49,964 nt of DNA from Candidatus Hodarchaeota archaeon (GTDB lineage Archaea; Asgardarchaeota; Lokiarchaeia; Sigyniarchaeales; SOKP01): contig JBHLJY010000016.1 of the NCBI GenBank assembly GCA_048887225.1, forward strand, positions 1 to 49,964, in the 5' to 3' direction. Each line of letters opens with the position of its first letter. Position 1 is the stretch's first letter. Made by a program: the position numbers and the translations under genes. Below are positions 10,228-20,438 of the stretch, one piece after another. The notes under the pieces are model-generated. The model did not search any database and was not told the origin of the DNA. It was given only the letters and a program-made list of their open reading frames with translations.

Positions 10228-11862
10228 TTAATAAATAGAATCTTCGTGATAAGTACCGAAAACTTCTTTTAATGTAGCAACAATTTCTCCGACAGATGCA
10301 TATTCTTTTACTGCATCTATAATAAAAGGCATTAAATTTCTATTTTCGTTAGCACTTTTTCTCAATTTTGCTAATTTCTTTTTAACTTGATTATTATCCC
10401 GTTCTTTTTTTACTTTCTTTAAATTCTCTATATGTTCTTTAACGATTTCATCATCTATTTTTAATAATGGAGTTGTGCATGGTTCCTTTATTTGATATTG
10501 ATTTACACCTACAATAATTCTCTGTTTGTTCTCAATTTCTCGCTGATATTTGTAAGAAGCCCTAGCAATTTCTTTCTGAAAAAAATTGGCTTTAATAGCT
10601 GGGATGACGCCTCCCAACTTCTCTATCTTTTCAAAGTATTTTTCAGATTCTTCTTCCATTTTATTTGTAAGCCATTCCACATAATAAGAGCCGGCCAGAG
10701 GATCAACTGTATCTGCGACATCTGATTCATGGGCAATGATTTGTTGAGTTCTTAAAGCAATTTTTACTGCTTTTTCTGTTGGAAGGCATAAAGCCTCGTC
10801 AAACGAATTAGTATGCAAAGATTGCGTACCCCCTAATACAGCAGCTAAAGCTTGTAAAGTAACTCTTACTATGTTGTTTTCGGGTTCTTGAGCAGTTAAC
10901 GATACTCCTGCGGTTTGAGTGTGAAATCGAAGGCGCATTGACTCTGGCTTTTTCGCACCGTATTTATTTTTCATCCTTTTTGCCCATATTCTCCTTGCTG
11001 CTCTATATTTACAAATCTCTTCAAAAAAGTTATTATGGGAATTAAAGAAAAATGATAATCTAGGGGCAAAGTCGTCCACATTTAATCCCCTCTCCATAGC
11101 AGCTTCGACGTATGCGAAACCGTCTGCCAGAGTAAATGCTAGCTCCTGAACTGCTGTTGATCCCGCTTCTCGGATATGATACCCGCTAATTGAAATTGGA
11201 TACCATTGAGGGACATATTTAGTACAATATTCTATTGTGTCAACTATTAAGCGCATAGATTGTTCTGGAGGAAATATCCACGATTTTTGGGCTGTATACT
11301 CTTTTAATATATCATTTTGTATAGTTCCTCTCAATTTGTCCGGAGTATGACCCTGTTTTTCGGCTACAACAATATACATTGCAAGTAGAATCGATGCGGG
11401 TGCGTTTATTGTCATTGAAGTGGAAATTTTTGATAAATCAATCCCATCGAATAAAATTTCCATATCCTTTAATGTATCAATAGAAACCCCTTCTTTGCCA
11501 ACTTCTCCTAAGGCTTTCTCATCAATTGCCTCAATTCCATAAAGGGTGTGCAAGCTAAAAGCTACGCTTAAACCAGTTTGACCATGATTTAAAAGAAATT
11601 TATACCGATTATTTGTTTGCTGTGCAGTCCCAAATCCAGAAAACTGCCTCATAGTCCAGAACTGTCCTCTATACATATTTTTATAAGCTCCACGAGTAAA
11701 GGGATATTGTCCAGGTTCTCCTAACTCATTAGCATAACTAAAATCTTTCATATTCGCGGGAGTATATAATCTTTCAATATCAATATCGGACAAATTAGTA
11801 AAATTCTTTTTCCTCTCGGATTTAGATACACCTTGAGCTTCTTGCTTTTCAATCTCAGTCAT
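10228..11862 (-). CDS. Acyl-CoA mutase large subunit (methylmalonyl-CoA mutase family, isobutyryl-CoA-mutase-like)
   Basis: YPFTRG, WTMRQFSGF, QNDILKEY, SISGYHIREAG, GGTQSLHTN. Confidence 0.95.
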   Translation of the reverse strand: MTEIEKQEAQGVSKSERKKNFTNLSDIDIERLYTPANMKDFSYANELGEPGQYPFTRGAYKNMYRGQFWTMRQFSGFGTAQQTNNRYKFLLNHGQTGLSVAFSLHTLYGIEAIDEKALGEVGKEGVSIDTLKDMEILFDGIDLSKISTSMTINAPASILLAMYIVVAEKQGHTPDKLRGTIQNDILKEYTAQKSWIFPPEQSMRLIVDTIEYCTKYVPQWYPISISGYHIREAGSTAVQELAFTLADGFAYVEAAMERGLNVDDFAPRLSFFFNSHNNFFEEICKYRAARRIWAKRMKNKYGAKKPESMRLRFHTQTAGVSLTAQEPENNIVRVTLQALAAVLGGTQSLHTNSFDEALCLPTEKAVKIALRTQQIIAHESDVADTVDPLAGSYYVEWLTNKMEEESEKYFEKIEKLGGVIPAIKANFFQKEIARASYKYQREIENKQRIIVGVNQYQIKEPCTTPLLKIDDEIVKEHIENLKKVKKERDNNQVKKKLAKLRKSANENRNLMPFIIDAVKEYASVGEIVATLKEVFGTYHEDSIY

Positions 11863-11958
11863 AAGAATAAACCCATTAATTAATTAAATGAATATTATGT
11901 TCTATCTCTATTATAGATTTTGATTCAAATGAAGGTGATATATCAATAAAGCAATTGA

Positions 11959-13092
11959 TCAAAATGCTTTATAAGCTTCTCTAATGGCTGAACAGCCACC
12001 ACATCTCACACAACCAGCTTTATTTTCAAGCGGATTTACTCCATATTCTTTCATTAATTTTGCCGCTTCATTATATATTTCTAGTAAGAGTTTATAGTTT
12101 GTAATTGGCAAATCCTTCATTCCTGGGATTGATCTTGCAGGTGTTATGAAAGGAATGACTCCTAATGAAATTAACTTTTCTAATTCTGAGATAAATGCAT
12201 CATTAGATTCTCCAAATCCTGTTAAAAGAAAAGATGATACCTGGTTTTTACCGAATATTTCAAGAGCATGCTTCCAATTCTTTTCGAATATCTCATATGG
12301 TATGTGGGCTTTTCCAGGAGTAATATCTTTTCGAATGTTTTCATCAAGTATTTCAAGATGAATACCAATTGTATCAGCTCCAGATTCTTTTAACTTGTTT
12401 ATATATGATAAATTATCTATTGGTTCAATTTGAACATGCAAAGGAAGTTTTGGATTATTATTTTTTATTCCTTTTAATAGTTCTATGTATCTTTTAGCTC
12501 CTTTATCTATACCCTCTTCGGTTCCACTAGTTAAAGTCATATGTGAGCATCTCCCCTCCTTTTTCGCTTGAACTATAACTTCATTCATTTGTTTGGAATT
12601 CTTTTCTAAAATTGTTGTGTCATATTTTAAACTTAATTCAATCCCACAGAACTTACATGCTTGTCCACAAGCCCAATATACGCATTTTTGATAGATAGTA
12701 CTAGCTAGACAATCGATTCCGTGCACTAATGCTACTTTTTTCATTGGAATTCCATCGGAAGTTTTGAATGTAGAATCGTAAAATTTGGGTTCTGGAACTA
12801 ACCTTAATTTACAATAAGAACTATTCTCTTTATTATTATAAATTTCAAAGAAATTTCCGATTTTTTCTTTTAAAAATAAATCAGTTTTTTTTGGGTTACT
12901 CCAAAGGGCAACATTAGCTAATGTTTCATTGTCCTCTAATATAAAATATCGCCCTCGAAGTGGTCCAGCTCCACCCTTTCGACCATAACTAATTCTTTGT
13001 TTTTTATAATATTCGAATAATTTCTCATCTAGATATAGTCCGTAACAGAGTAATTCGGTTTTCAATTTTAATGCTGTATGAATATCAATCAT
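11959..13092 (-). CDS. Radical SAM protein, MSMEG_0568-like
   Basis: GRKGGAGP N-terminal motif, QKCVYWACGQACKFCGI, C-terminal KAGCVRCGGCS. Confidence 0.8.
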   Translation of the reverse strand: MIDIHTALKLKTELLCYGLYLDEKLFEYYKKQRISYGRKGGAGPLRGRYFILEDNETLANVALWSNPKKTDLFLKEKIGNFFEIYNNKENSSYCKLRLVPEPKFYDSTFKTSDGIPMKKVALVHGIDCLASTIYQKCVYWACGQACKFCGIELSLKYDTTILEKNSKQMNEVIVQAKKEGRCSHMTLTSGTEEGIDKGAKRYIELLKGIKNNNPKLPLHVQIEPIDNLSYINKLKESGADTIGIHLEILDENIRKDITPGKAHIPYEIFEKNWKHALEIFGKNQVSSFLLTGFGESNDAFISELEKLISLGVIPFITPARSIPGMKDLPITNYKLLLEIYNEAAKLMKEYGVNPLENKAGCVRCGGCSAIREAYKAF

Positions 13093-13252
13093 GTTTTGAA
13101 TAAAGATTAAAAAATTTCTTATTTATTTTAACCTTAGAAGGCGTTTTTTAAAAAAATTTTTTAATTATCTTACATGAGAGTTTAATAATAAATTTATTAA
13201 ACTTTTTTACTAAGATTCATAATCATTGCATTAATAAAGAGAGAAGATAATT

Positions 13253-13879
13253 ATGGCGCACAGAAGACCTTGGAAATGCTACAGTAAATGGACTAGAAGA
13301 CCATTCCAATATAAAAGAAGTGCGAATCGTAGAAGGGAGTTTGCTCGTGGTGGAGCTCAGTCGAAAATCGTTCGCTATTGGGGGGGAAATAAAGAGATTC
13401 CGTGGGAAGAATGGGATTTGGTAGTAGGATTAAAAGTAGATAAACAAATTCAGATTTCTTCAAACGCATTAGAAGCAATCCGTATTACTATCAACGGTGT
13501 TCTTCAAAGAAAATTAGGAAGACTTAACTTCCGACTTCGAATACGTCCAAAACCATTTCAAAAAATCCGTGAAAATAGAATGCTAGCTTTTGCTGGTGCT
13601 GATCGCGTACAAAGTGGAATGCGTAATTCATTTGGAAGATCTACTGGAGTATGCGCTCGTGTGAGAGCAGGTCAAATAATTGCCGAAGTTGGGACTTATT
13701 TAAAGAATTTGCCACTTGTTAGGGATAGGATGCGAGTCGCTAGCATGAAGGTTCCTTGTACTTGCCAAATTGTAATATTGAAATATAAAAAACCCGAAGT
13801 CTTTAAAAGATCGGGTTTACCTTTATATGATGATAAAAAGCGTAGAGAAATTCCTTTATACGAATTAACTTTTGTATAA
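13253..13879 (+). CDS. rpl10e: 50S ribosomal protein uL16 (L10e)
   Basis: RRPWKCY, QISSNALEAIR, RENRMLAFAGADRVQSGMRNSFG. Confidence 0.96.
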   Translation: MAHRRPWKCYSKWTRRPFQYKRSANRRREFARGGAQSKIVRYWGGNKEIPWEEWDLVVGLKVDKQIQISSNALEAIRITINGVLQRKLGRLNFRLRIRPKPFQKIRENRMLAFAGADRVQSGMRNSFGRSTGVCARVRAGQIIAEVGTYLKNLPLVRDRMRVASMKVPCTCQIVILKYKKPEVFKRSGLPLYDDKKRREIPLYELTFV

Positions 13880-13958
13880 ACTTTTCTACTTTGCAAATTT
13901 TATATTTAATTTGTTTTAATATTAATTATAATTCAAAATTGTCAGAACCTTTTCAGAC

Positions 13959-15305
13959 TTGAAAAATCTAAAACCATTTTTTAATCCAAAAAGTATTTTA
14001 ATTGTTGGTGTATCAAGAAAAGCCTATACTTTTAGTTATACCATATTAAAAAATTTATTAGAGATCTTTTATAATAGAAAGATCTATTTGCTACATCCAA
14101 ATGCCAACGAAATACTTGGTGTTAAATCGTATCGCTCTCTGGAAGAGATTCCTGAGATTCCTGAATTGGCAGTTATAGTTTTAGGGAAAAAAGTTATCGA
14201 AATTGTAGAAAAATTGGGCATATTCGGAGTCAAATATATAACAATTCAAACTGAATTAAAGACAGGCATTGATGATACAGATTTTATCACAAAATTAAAT
14301 AAGATTTGCGAAAAATATGATATCACTTATTTAGGACCTTCTATGATAGGTATTATAAATTTTATTGATAATTTCACTACTTCGATTATTCCAGTTAGAC
14401 AATACATCATGCGAGAAAATAAAAATATAAAAGATGGCATTAGTTTTATTGCCCAATCTGGAGGATTAGCGGGCGCTTTAGGTTGGTGGAGACCGTCCCA
14501 GAAATTACCCATTTCAAAAGTTGTTCATTTAGGTAAAGGATTTCATATCAATGAGGCTGATTTGCTTAAATATTTACTAAATGATGATACTACGAAAGTT
14601 ATCTCCCTATTTTTAAGAGATATATCTAATGAATTAATTGATGCCGTTAAAAATGTTGCATCTTATAAACCTGTCCTTTTCTTTTACGTAGGGAAGGAAG
14701 AATTAAAAGAAAAAGAACTCAAAAAAGCAGGTGGGATACCTGTTTCAAATTATATTGAACTTTTTGAAATTGCTAAAATCTTTTTGTGGTGTCCAAAGCC
14801 ACAAGGTACTAATTTAGGAATAATTGGGCCATCTTCTGGAGCAATTCATTTAATTGTAAAAGAAATGCGAAAGCAGAAATTATCGCTGGCAAAACCTTCT
14901 CAAGAATCTCAAGAGATAATTTTAGATAAAATAGGTGGTTCTACTTGCGATTATGGAAATCCTGTGGATTATTGGCCACCTGATAAATTAATAGGCATAA
15001 AGATTTGTGGCATATATAATACATCTGCAAACACTTTATTAAAGGACGATAATGTAGATGGATTAATCCTTGCGTTAGAATTTTTTATCGAAATAGAATT
15101 TGATTTCAGTATTTTTGAAAAAATAAAGAAATCTTATCCTAATAAACCTATTATAACTATATTAATTCAAGCTGAAAGAGAGGGAGCAAAAAGAGTATTT
15201 AATTCTGCTTCTGATTTGAAAATTCCTGTATTTGAAAATGAAATAGAACGGGCAGTACGAGGATACAAGTTATTATATGACTATTATTCAAAAATAAAAA
15301 AATAA
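13959..15305 (+). CDS. CoA-binding, acetate-CoA ligase (ADP-forming) alpha-subunit-like protein
   Basis: FFNPKSILIVGVS, LGPSMIG, SFIAQSGG, NPVD. The phospho-His SHTG loop is absent. Confidence 0.8.
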   Translation: MKNLKPFFNPKSILIVGVSRKAYTFSYTILKNLLEIFYNRKIYLLHPNANEILGVKSYRSLEEIPEIPELAVIVLGKKVIEIVEKLGIFGVKYITIQTELKTGIDDTDFITKLNKICEKYDITYLGPSMIGIINFIDNFTTSIIPVRQYIMRENKNIKDGISFIAQSGGLAGALGWWRPSQKLPISKVVHLGKGFHINEADLLKYLLNDDTTKVISLFLRDISNELIDAVKNVASYKPVLFFYVGKEELKEKELKKAGGIPVSNYIELFEIAKIFLWCPKPQGTNLGIIGPSSGAIHLIVKEMRKQKLSLAKPSQESQEIILDKIGGSTCDYGNPVDYWPPDKLIGIKICGIYNTSANTLLKDDNVDGLILALEFFIEIEFDFSIFEKIKKSYPNKPIITILIQAEREGAKRVFNSASDLKIPVFENEIERAVRGYKLLYDYYSKIKK

Positions 15306-15307
15306 AA

Positions 15308-16573
15308 TTAGCTCAAGAAAATCTCTTTCAATTCTTCAGGAATTTCGGCATCTTCATCCATCAAAGAAAGTACATAGATTTTTTCTCCGCACTTACATTC
15401 TTTTCCTTCAAATAAGTAAAATTTAAATTGATTTTTCCAATTGCAAATTTGAATGCTAAGAAATTCTGCCACTTCACCACATAAACAATATATTGGCATA
15501 TTTACTGAATTTGGAATGATATCATCAAAGGTATTAGTAGTTGCAGTAAAATCACAATTATTTAACGTATCATTAATTTTATCTGCGAGTGTGCTTTTTA
15601 AACTAGGCAAGAATCCAGTAAGAACACCATTTTTACCAACTATTTCCGTCAAAACTATAAAATTTTTTTCTGGTTTTGTTGGCGTTTTTCTTTCAGGAGG
15701 AATTTGTCGTTCCTGTTGAAGGAGTATTTCAGGTATTGGAAATGGTTCCATCTCTGGGGGATATTCAAATGAGAAGAAATATTGTGAAGTTCCTCTAACA
15801 GTTCTTTGATTTATTAGTTTCAAATTTTCGTAGTCTCGACTATGAAGAATGAATTTTATTAATTGAAGCGGAACTTTCATATCTAAAAGTCTTGATCGAA
15901 TATTATCAAGAACATCACCAGTATAATCCTTTAAAATCATAATATCTTCACGATTTTCTGTGTAAAATGCAGTTTTGTTTTCTTCCTTAAAGTTATACCA
16001 TTTTCGTAATACGCTTCCTCTAATTAATTGGGGGATCATACAGAAGATACATAATAAGGGAATAAATACCCAAATTAATTCCGTTATGGTTCCAATGAAG
16101 AACAACGTTAATAACATCAATATTATGAACATGGGGAGTGTAGTTAATAGGCTTAATTTTCTTAAACGCTTATCAACAGGCTGTTTTATCCCTTGTTTAT
16201 TTAGGGCAGTGCCCTCCCCCTTTTTTTTTAATTGATAAATTATCTCAATAATTTGTTTATCTTCAAAATTTTTTTTTAATAATTTGTCTTCCTCTTTATC
16301 ACCCATAGTTATTGATTCTAAAAATGTTTGCATCTCATTCTTATATTGCTCAATAGAACGATCTTTATAAATGAAATCTAAAGTTTCCTCTGAGAAATAA
16401 TCTAAAAAGCGGGCAATAAAAAGTTTTTTTTCAATTTCTTGGATATCTCCTGGCTTAAGGCCTAATGCTTCTTGAAGCAATTGTCCTTGAGTTTTTTTAA
16501 CTGGCTTACTTTCTCTACTTGGCTCTTCTGGGGACTCCGCTTCTACATTTTTATATTTATCGTTTTCATTCAT
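15308..16573 (-). CDS. Hypothetical membrane protein (2 TM) with C-terminal Cys-rich (Zn-ribbon-like) domain
   Basis: Two adjacent hydrophobic segments near aa 140-185; CLCG...CKCG near the C-terminus. Confidence 0.7.
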   Translation of the reverse strand: MNENDKYKNVEAESPEEPSRESKPVKKTQGQLLQEALGLKPGDIQEIEKKLFIARFLDYFSEETLDFIYKDRSIEQYKNEMQTFLESITMGDKEEDKLLKKNFEDKQIIEIIYQLKKKGEGTALNKQGIKQPVDKRLRKLSLLTTLPMFIILMLLTLFFIGTITELIWVFIPLLCIFCMIPQLIRGSVLRKWYNFKEENKTAFYTENREDIMILKDYTGDVLDNIRSRLLDMKVPLQLIKFILHSRDYENLKLINQRTVRGTSQYFFSFEYPPEMEPFPIPEILLQQERQIPPERKTPTKPEKNFIVLTEIVGKNGVLTGFLPSLKSTLADKINDTLNNCDFTATTNTFDDIIPNSVNMPIYCLCGEVAEFLSIQICNWKNQFKFYLFEGKECKCGEKIYVLSLMDEDAEIPEELKEIFLS

Positions 16574-16704
16574 ATTTTATTCAAAATTTAAAAATTTATA
16601 TTTAAAATTATTTAATAAAGTAAATAACTCTTTTAATATAAAATAAATAGAATTTCGAATAATTTAGCTTAACAAAATCTAAAAAAATAAGACTCAAAAC
16701 AGAA

Positions 16705-16935
16705 TTAGGCAATATTTACAACAGATTTAATTTCCGGGACGAATTGTTTTATTGCTCTTTCAATTCCAAACTGTAGCGTTTGTTGCGCATGAGCACACCC
16801 CACACAATGTCCCATTAATTTCACTTTGACGATGCCATCATCAGTAATTTCAATAAGTTCAACATCGCCTCCATCCATTTGGAGTTGAGGCCTAATTTTA
16901 TCAAGAACCTGTTTAACTTTATCTTTATCTATCAA
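16705..16935 (-). CDS. NifU/Nfu C-terminal domain protein (Fe-S carrier)
   Basis: IRPQLQMDGGDVEL...GHCVGC...TLQFGIE. Confidence 0.93.
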   Translation of the reverse strand: MIDKDKVKQVLDKIRPQLQMDGGDVELIEITDDGIVKVKLMGHCVGCAHAQQTLQFGIERAIKQFVPEIKSVVNIA

Positions 16936-17092
16936 ACTTTTTCACAATTCTTATGATTATTATTTATAATAAATAAGATAAATATTTTAAAATTTTCAAT
17001 TATAAAACATAAAAGATTTTATTAGTAACTTTTGTATGAATAATAAAAATACAGAGAAAATCTATTCATAAAAATAATTAAGGTATAAATAA

Positions 17093-17461
17093 TTGAGTAC
17101 TCAAGAATTTATAATCCAATTAAATATTGCGCAAGATTTAATGTCCAAAAAAAAATATAAAGAAGCTTTTATATTACTTGAGAACTTAAAAGAGATTGAA
17201 AAAAATAGTGATATTGATTATAATTTAACACATAGACTGTATCAACTTTATTCTAATTGTCGCTCTTTATATAATCAAAAAATTATTCTAAAGCATATTA
17301 ATAAAATATCAAAGTTTTCTTCTTCAGTAACTTTCCGTGAGTTAAAAAACGAAATAGACGAAATTGACTTAGAAGAAGCCATCTTGGGACGTGAAGTTGA
17401 ATTGTTAATTCTAAGGGGCTTATTATCTTGTAGAATAGAAAAAGATAAGATAATATTCTGA
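17093..17461 (+). CDS. Hypothetical helical protein with C-terminal winged-helix-like segment
   Basis: 122-aa ORF; helical N-terminus; ends ELLILRGLLSCRIEKDKIIF. Confidence 0.6.
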   Translation: MSTQEFIIQLNIAQDLMSKKKYKEAFILLENLKEIEKNSDIDYNLTHRLYQLYSNCRSLYNQKIILKHINKISKFSSSVTFRELKNEIDEIDLEEAILGREVELLILRGLLSCRIEKDKIIF

Positions 17462-17517
17462 GCTCTTTAAATATCAATTAATTTCTTGAATTATTTGTTT
17501 ATAGAGGATCTATAAAG

Positions 17518-18177
17518 TTGAATGCAACATTGACCCCTGAGAAAATATATAATGATGTTATCACCAATAAATTGAGTAAAGAAGTAGCTACTGAACTATT
17601 AATTTCTTTAATTGAAAGTCCTGATAATAATATTAGAATTAAGTCAATAGAAGTTTTTCTAGCTCTATCATTAAATAGTGATAAAGTCTTTCGGATTGTT
17701 GAAAATTGTTTATTATCAGATGAAAATGCTTTAGTTAGGAGTGCGGCTGCTAAAGTTTTATTTGAAATTTTTCCAAAAAATATGAATTATTTACCTTTAA
17801 AGTGGGCAAGTCGCTACGAAAAATCTGCTATTGTCATAAATACATTTCTTAATTTATTTGATATTAACGATCCTCATTTTGATTTTCTTAAAGAAGAACT
17901 TTTAAGAAGGCTTGAGCAAATTTATCTGATAGTTCCAGAAGAAATCAACTTTTTTTTAACTTTAGATGTCTTATATGCTGAATATGCTAAAGATTTTGAA
18001 TTTAAAGCTGGATCCGCTTGGTTTAAAATAATGAGGCTTTTAAATAAATTTCCTAATACAAGTGGATTAATCCAACGAATGTATTATATTCGCCTCGGTG
18101 GAAAGAAATATCTGTCGCCACCTGATGAATCGTTTTCTTATTTAAAAAAACTTATTTTAAAAAAAAATGAGTTTTAA
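17518..18177 (+). CDS. HEAT-repeat protein
   Basis: NIRIKSIEVF, ENCLLSDENALVRSAAAKVL, PLKWA. Confidence 0.75.
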   Translation: MNATLTPEKIYNDVITNKLSKEVATELLISLIESPDNNIRIKSIEVFLALSLNSDKVFRIVENCLLSDENALVRSAAAKVLFEIFPKNMNYLPLKWASRYEKSAIVINTFLNLFDINDPHFDFLKEELLRRLEQIYLIVPEEINFFLTLDVLYAEYAKDFEFKAGSAWFKIMRLLNKFPNTSGLIQRMYYIRLGGKKYLSPPDESFSYLKKLILKKNEF

Positions 18178-18980
18178 ACTTTTATTGTGATTGGTTCCAC
18201 CAGCTTCTTTTTACCGAAGGTAGGAATACACCAATAATACATGCAATACTTTAGATTTTTATAATAAGGTCTGGCAAAATTGCAATGACCCAAATTCCCA
18301 GGGAAAAACAAACCATCTCCATCTGTAAGATCCCTACAAACAGATTGACCCTCCGTGCTTATAAGATATTGTGAGATAGCATATTTTTCGTCGTCTATAC
18401 ACATAAGGTATATTTCGGGATATTCAGGATGAACATGTGGATAAATTTCAACATCTCCATAGCAATTTCTTTCCAAATTAACGCTCGTTATAACACCTTG
18501 TCTTAACGATTCATTTGGTATATTTGTATAACCAGACATAAAATAACGATTTTTAATTGCTGTAAACACTTTTCTAAAAGTGCACATTTTATTTTCTGAA
18601 CCAAGTTCTCCTCTTGATATAAACTTATTGAGGTCAAAATTTTTAATTTCAAAAGTAGCGTCAATTTTGCCATCAATAGTGCTATAATATAGGCAAATTT
18701 TGCATTTCTCTTTCGATTTTACTTTAATTAATGCTTCTTTACTTGGAGGAATAAAAAATATGTCAAATTTATTTAATTCAAACGTAGAACCATTGTAATT
18801 TAATATAACATCTCCTAATAACAAACAACCATTAAGAATTTCTTTTTTATTAGTTTTTAATTTTAAATCAGACTCAAAATAAAGATATTTCATTAATGTA
18901 CGATTTAATTCTCTTTCAATAGGTCCATTTATAGGGTCCTCCAAAAAAAAAGAAAGCATTTTGGTCTTAGTTAAAACCAT
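18174..18980 (-). CDS. Bicupin, IolB/KduI-like isomerase
   Basis: FDIFFIPP, YPHVHPEYPEIY cupin metal motif, GHC. Confidence 0.55.
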   Translation of the reverse strand: MVLTKTKMLSFFLEDPINGPIERELNRTLMKYLYFESDLKLKTNKKEILNGCLLLGDVILNYNGSTFELNKFDIFFIPPSKEALIKVKSKEKCKICLYYSTIDGKIDATFEIKNFDLNKFISRGELGSENKMCTFRKVFTAIKNRYFMSGYTNIPNESLRQGVITSVNLERNCYGDVEIYPHVHPEYPEIYLMCIDDEKYAISQYLISTEGQSVCRDLTDGDGLFFPGNLGHCNFARPYYKNLKYCMYYWCIPTFGKKKLVEPITIKV

Positions 18981-19051
18981 TATTAAAGAAATGATTTATA
19001 ATTGATATTTATTTCAAAATAAGTAAAATTATAGAATTTAAATAAAACTAT

Positions 19052-20251
19052 TCAAAAAAGTTCAGCTGCAACTGGAGATTGTAACCTTATCCTTTTTTGA
19101 CTATTATCCTCTAAGATTGTGATTAAAGCTGAAATATCTTGTTTAGTTTCATAAGTAATTTCTTTTACCTCGCCACTCTTCCAAGATTTGAAACCGTTCA
19201 AATTCGGAGCTGTTTCAAACAATCCTTGTTGCAATCCAGAAAGCTGAACGGTAACACCATTAAGGCTATCTTTAGATATATTTTTTATTTTTATTTTATA
19301 TTTTTCTAAGTCAGAATCTATAGAAATTACTTTAAAGGTTTTTTGGAATTTAGATGATAACTCAAATATAGAAGGTGCTTCTGAGCCAGCTATACCAAAC
19401 AATTCAATTCCTTCTTTTTCCTCTAAAATTGAGTGTGCAACAATCGTAATAGGTAGTTCAAATCTAATAACATCACGGCTGGTTTTATAATTACCTAATA
19501 TTAATAAAGACCATTTAGTGTAATCTCCGTAACGAAATCCCCAGTACTCTTTTTCTGTTGGCTCCCAGAGATAATTGTGTGAAGGTTCAGCAATTTCAGG
19601 TATTTTTAACAGCATAAAACCTTTTTCAGTGTTAGATGTTTTTGAATCACCAGCAATCGCTGGAGGAAGCTCCTCCACTTTCCGACAATTTTGACCATAA
19701 GCCTCACAATAGCAAACAAGGTTAGCTTTTTGTAAAAGCCTAGCTTCAACTTGTTTAAGATCTTGAGATGAATAATTAATCTTAATAGTTTCACCAGGTC
19801 TAAAAACATCCTTAGTAAGACTGATATTTAAACCTGATATTGAAAATGAAATCGGATTTTGCGTAATATTTTTCATTCGAGATTCTCTTTCTCGAATTTC
19901 TATTTCATGATCTTTCTTTATTATTAAATCATCGTCAGGGTTTATTGGATTCATTTGTCTTAAAATCATTTGGATAACGTAATGTAAATTTCTAGTTTTA
20001 ATTGTAGGGACAACATTATTCTTTATAAGTAAAGCCCTATCTCTTATATATTCTCCAGCTTCAAAATTACCCTTAGAAAAAACTTCTGCTTTTGCGATTT
20101 GTAGCTCTTTAAGACATGGTGGTGATGTGATTAGTCTAATACCCGACCATAAAATAGATGTATCTTCTTCGAAATTAAATTTAGTTCTAATATTTAATTT
20201 ATCTCCAATAAAAACTAATCCTTGGTTTAAATCGCTTAGCTCTAATTTCAT
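19052..20251 (-). CDS. Arrestin/Vps26-fold-like protein with C-terminal beta-domain
   Basis: Arrestin-N-like FEAGEY...VPT...LHY. Arrestin-C-like NISLTKDVFRPGETIKI...LKIP...FELPITI. Confidence 0.6.
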   Translation of the reverse strand: MKLELSDLNQGLVFIGDKLNIRTKFNFEEDTSILWSGIRLITSPPCLKELQIAKAEVFSKGNFEAGEYIRDRALLIKNNVVPTIKTRNLHYVIQMILRQMNPINPDDDLIIKKDHEIEIRERESRMKNITQNPISFSISGLNISLTKDVFRPGETIKINYSSQDLKQVEARLLQKANLVCYCEAYGQNCRKVEELPPAIAGDSKTSNTEKGFMLLKIPEIAEPSHNYLWEPTEKEYWGFRYGDYTKWSLLILGNYKTSRDVIRFELPITIVAHSILEEKEGIELFGIAGSEAPSIFELSSKFQKTFKVISIDSDLEKYKIKIKNISKDSLNGVTVQLSGLQQGLFETAPNLNGFKSWKSGEVKEITYETKQDISALITILEDNSQKRIRLQSPVAAELF

Positions 20252-20438
20252 GTGCTAATTTCATTAATATGAACTTACAATATTAATATAAAAAAGATTT
20301 GAGTTTTATTAATTTTTTTTATTAATTCCTAAAATTCAAGGATTTATTTTATAAAGATTGGAAAAAAGTATAAGAGTTAACATTTTAAGAAATAATTTAT
20401 AATTACTATAAATAAAAAAATAAATAAGCAAAATAATA

